A stretch of 64,000 nt of DNA from an uncultured Clostridia bacterium (GTDB taxonomy: Bacteria; Bacillota; Clostridia; Christensenellales; CAG-138): NCBI GenBank assembly GCA_937915925.1, contig CALGGM010000042.1, forward strand, positions 21,791-85,790, read 5' to 3'. Shown piece by piece: positions 63,826 through 64,000 of the stretch (position 1 is its first letter; each line of letters begins with the position of its first letter). The notes under the pieces are model-generated. The model had not been told where the DNA came from. It ran no database searches and saw only the letters and a list, made by a program, of their open reading frames with translations. The translations under genes were made by a program, and so were the position numbers.

Positions 63826-63839
63826 TATTCTATAAAAAT

Positions 63840-63872
63840 CGTCGCCGCGAACGATGCTCGTTCGCGGCGACG
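63840..63872 (-). terminator. Rho-independent terminator of tRNA-Ser
   Basis: 14-bp stem cgtcgccgcgaacg / cgttcgcggcgacg, directly abutting the tRNA 3' end. A T-run follows on the minus strand. Confidence 0.75.
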
Positions 63873-63965
63873 TGGCGCGGAAAGTGGGATTTGAACCCAC
63901 GCACGGCTTCAGACCGTCTACTCCCTTAGCAGGGGAGCCCCTTATAGCCACTTGGGTATTTCCGC
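63873..63965 (-). tRNA. tRNA-Ser (GCT), long variable arm
   Basis: On the minus strand: acceptor gcggaaa/tttccgc, anticodon arm ctccc-cTGCTaa-gggag, class II variable arm, T-loop ttcaaat, discriminator G, CCA encoded. Confidence 0.93.
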
Positions 63966-64000
63966 GTGCTATATCGAGAAAATGGCGGAGATGGTAGGAT

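Overview
This is a gene-dense, visibly GC3-rich chromosomal core segment of a Clostridia-type endospore-forming Firmicute; that taxonomy is inferred from gene content and synteny only. No rRNA, CRISPR array, transposase or integrase is visible. The first ~19 kb reproduce the Bacillus/Clostridium sporulation-housekeeping supercluster: U32 peptidase (5' partial), spoIIIAA-AH behind a sigma-E-type promoter, asp23-amaP-DUF2273-nusB, a divergent Kae1/TsaD-like gene, xseA-xseB-ispA-dxs-tlyA, nadK-argR-recN and spoIVB. The slot where spo0A normally sits holds two overlapping Spo0A_C-domain genes instead. Downstream come deoB-punA, cysS plus a membrane protein, a membrane-anchored cohesin-like protein, folT-folC-HAD and a lower-GC lipoprotein. 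Next are a PG-binding/PT-repeat NlpC/P60 hydrolase coupled to a PflX-type radical SAM gene, and an ABC-F ATPase coupled to an N-terminally extended glycerate kinase. These are followed by pdp, polA-coaE-SLT-lspA-rluD, a DUF885 lipoprotein, T-box-controlled valS and a 7-tRNA cluster (Pro-Glu-Met-Asp-Thr-Tyr-Leu). The rest holds a MATE pump, a radC / zinc-ribbon / gtrA operon, an atypical long PLP enzyme, sugar-phosphate isomerase-pgi-FtsW/RodA-GNAT and a PdaB-like deacetylase with a second sigma-E/K-type promoter. The window ends with three tandem ECF sigma / large anti-sigma modules and tRNA-Ser. The most unusual items are: (1) the atypical Spo0A locus, a degenerate-receiver Spo0A-like protein plus a receiver-less Spo0A_C paralog; (2) the triplicated terminator-promoter-sigma-antisigma cassettes; (3) a 55-aa mini-SpoIIIAF lacking the soluble domain; (4) several orphan or extended proteins (cohesin, glycerate kinase extension, long PLP enzyme, zinc-ribbon mini-protein). 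All functional calls rest on motif recognition by eye, and no database search was run.
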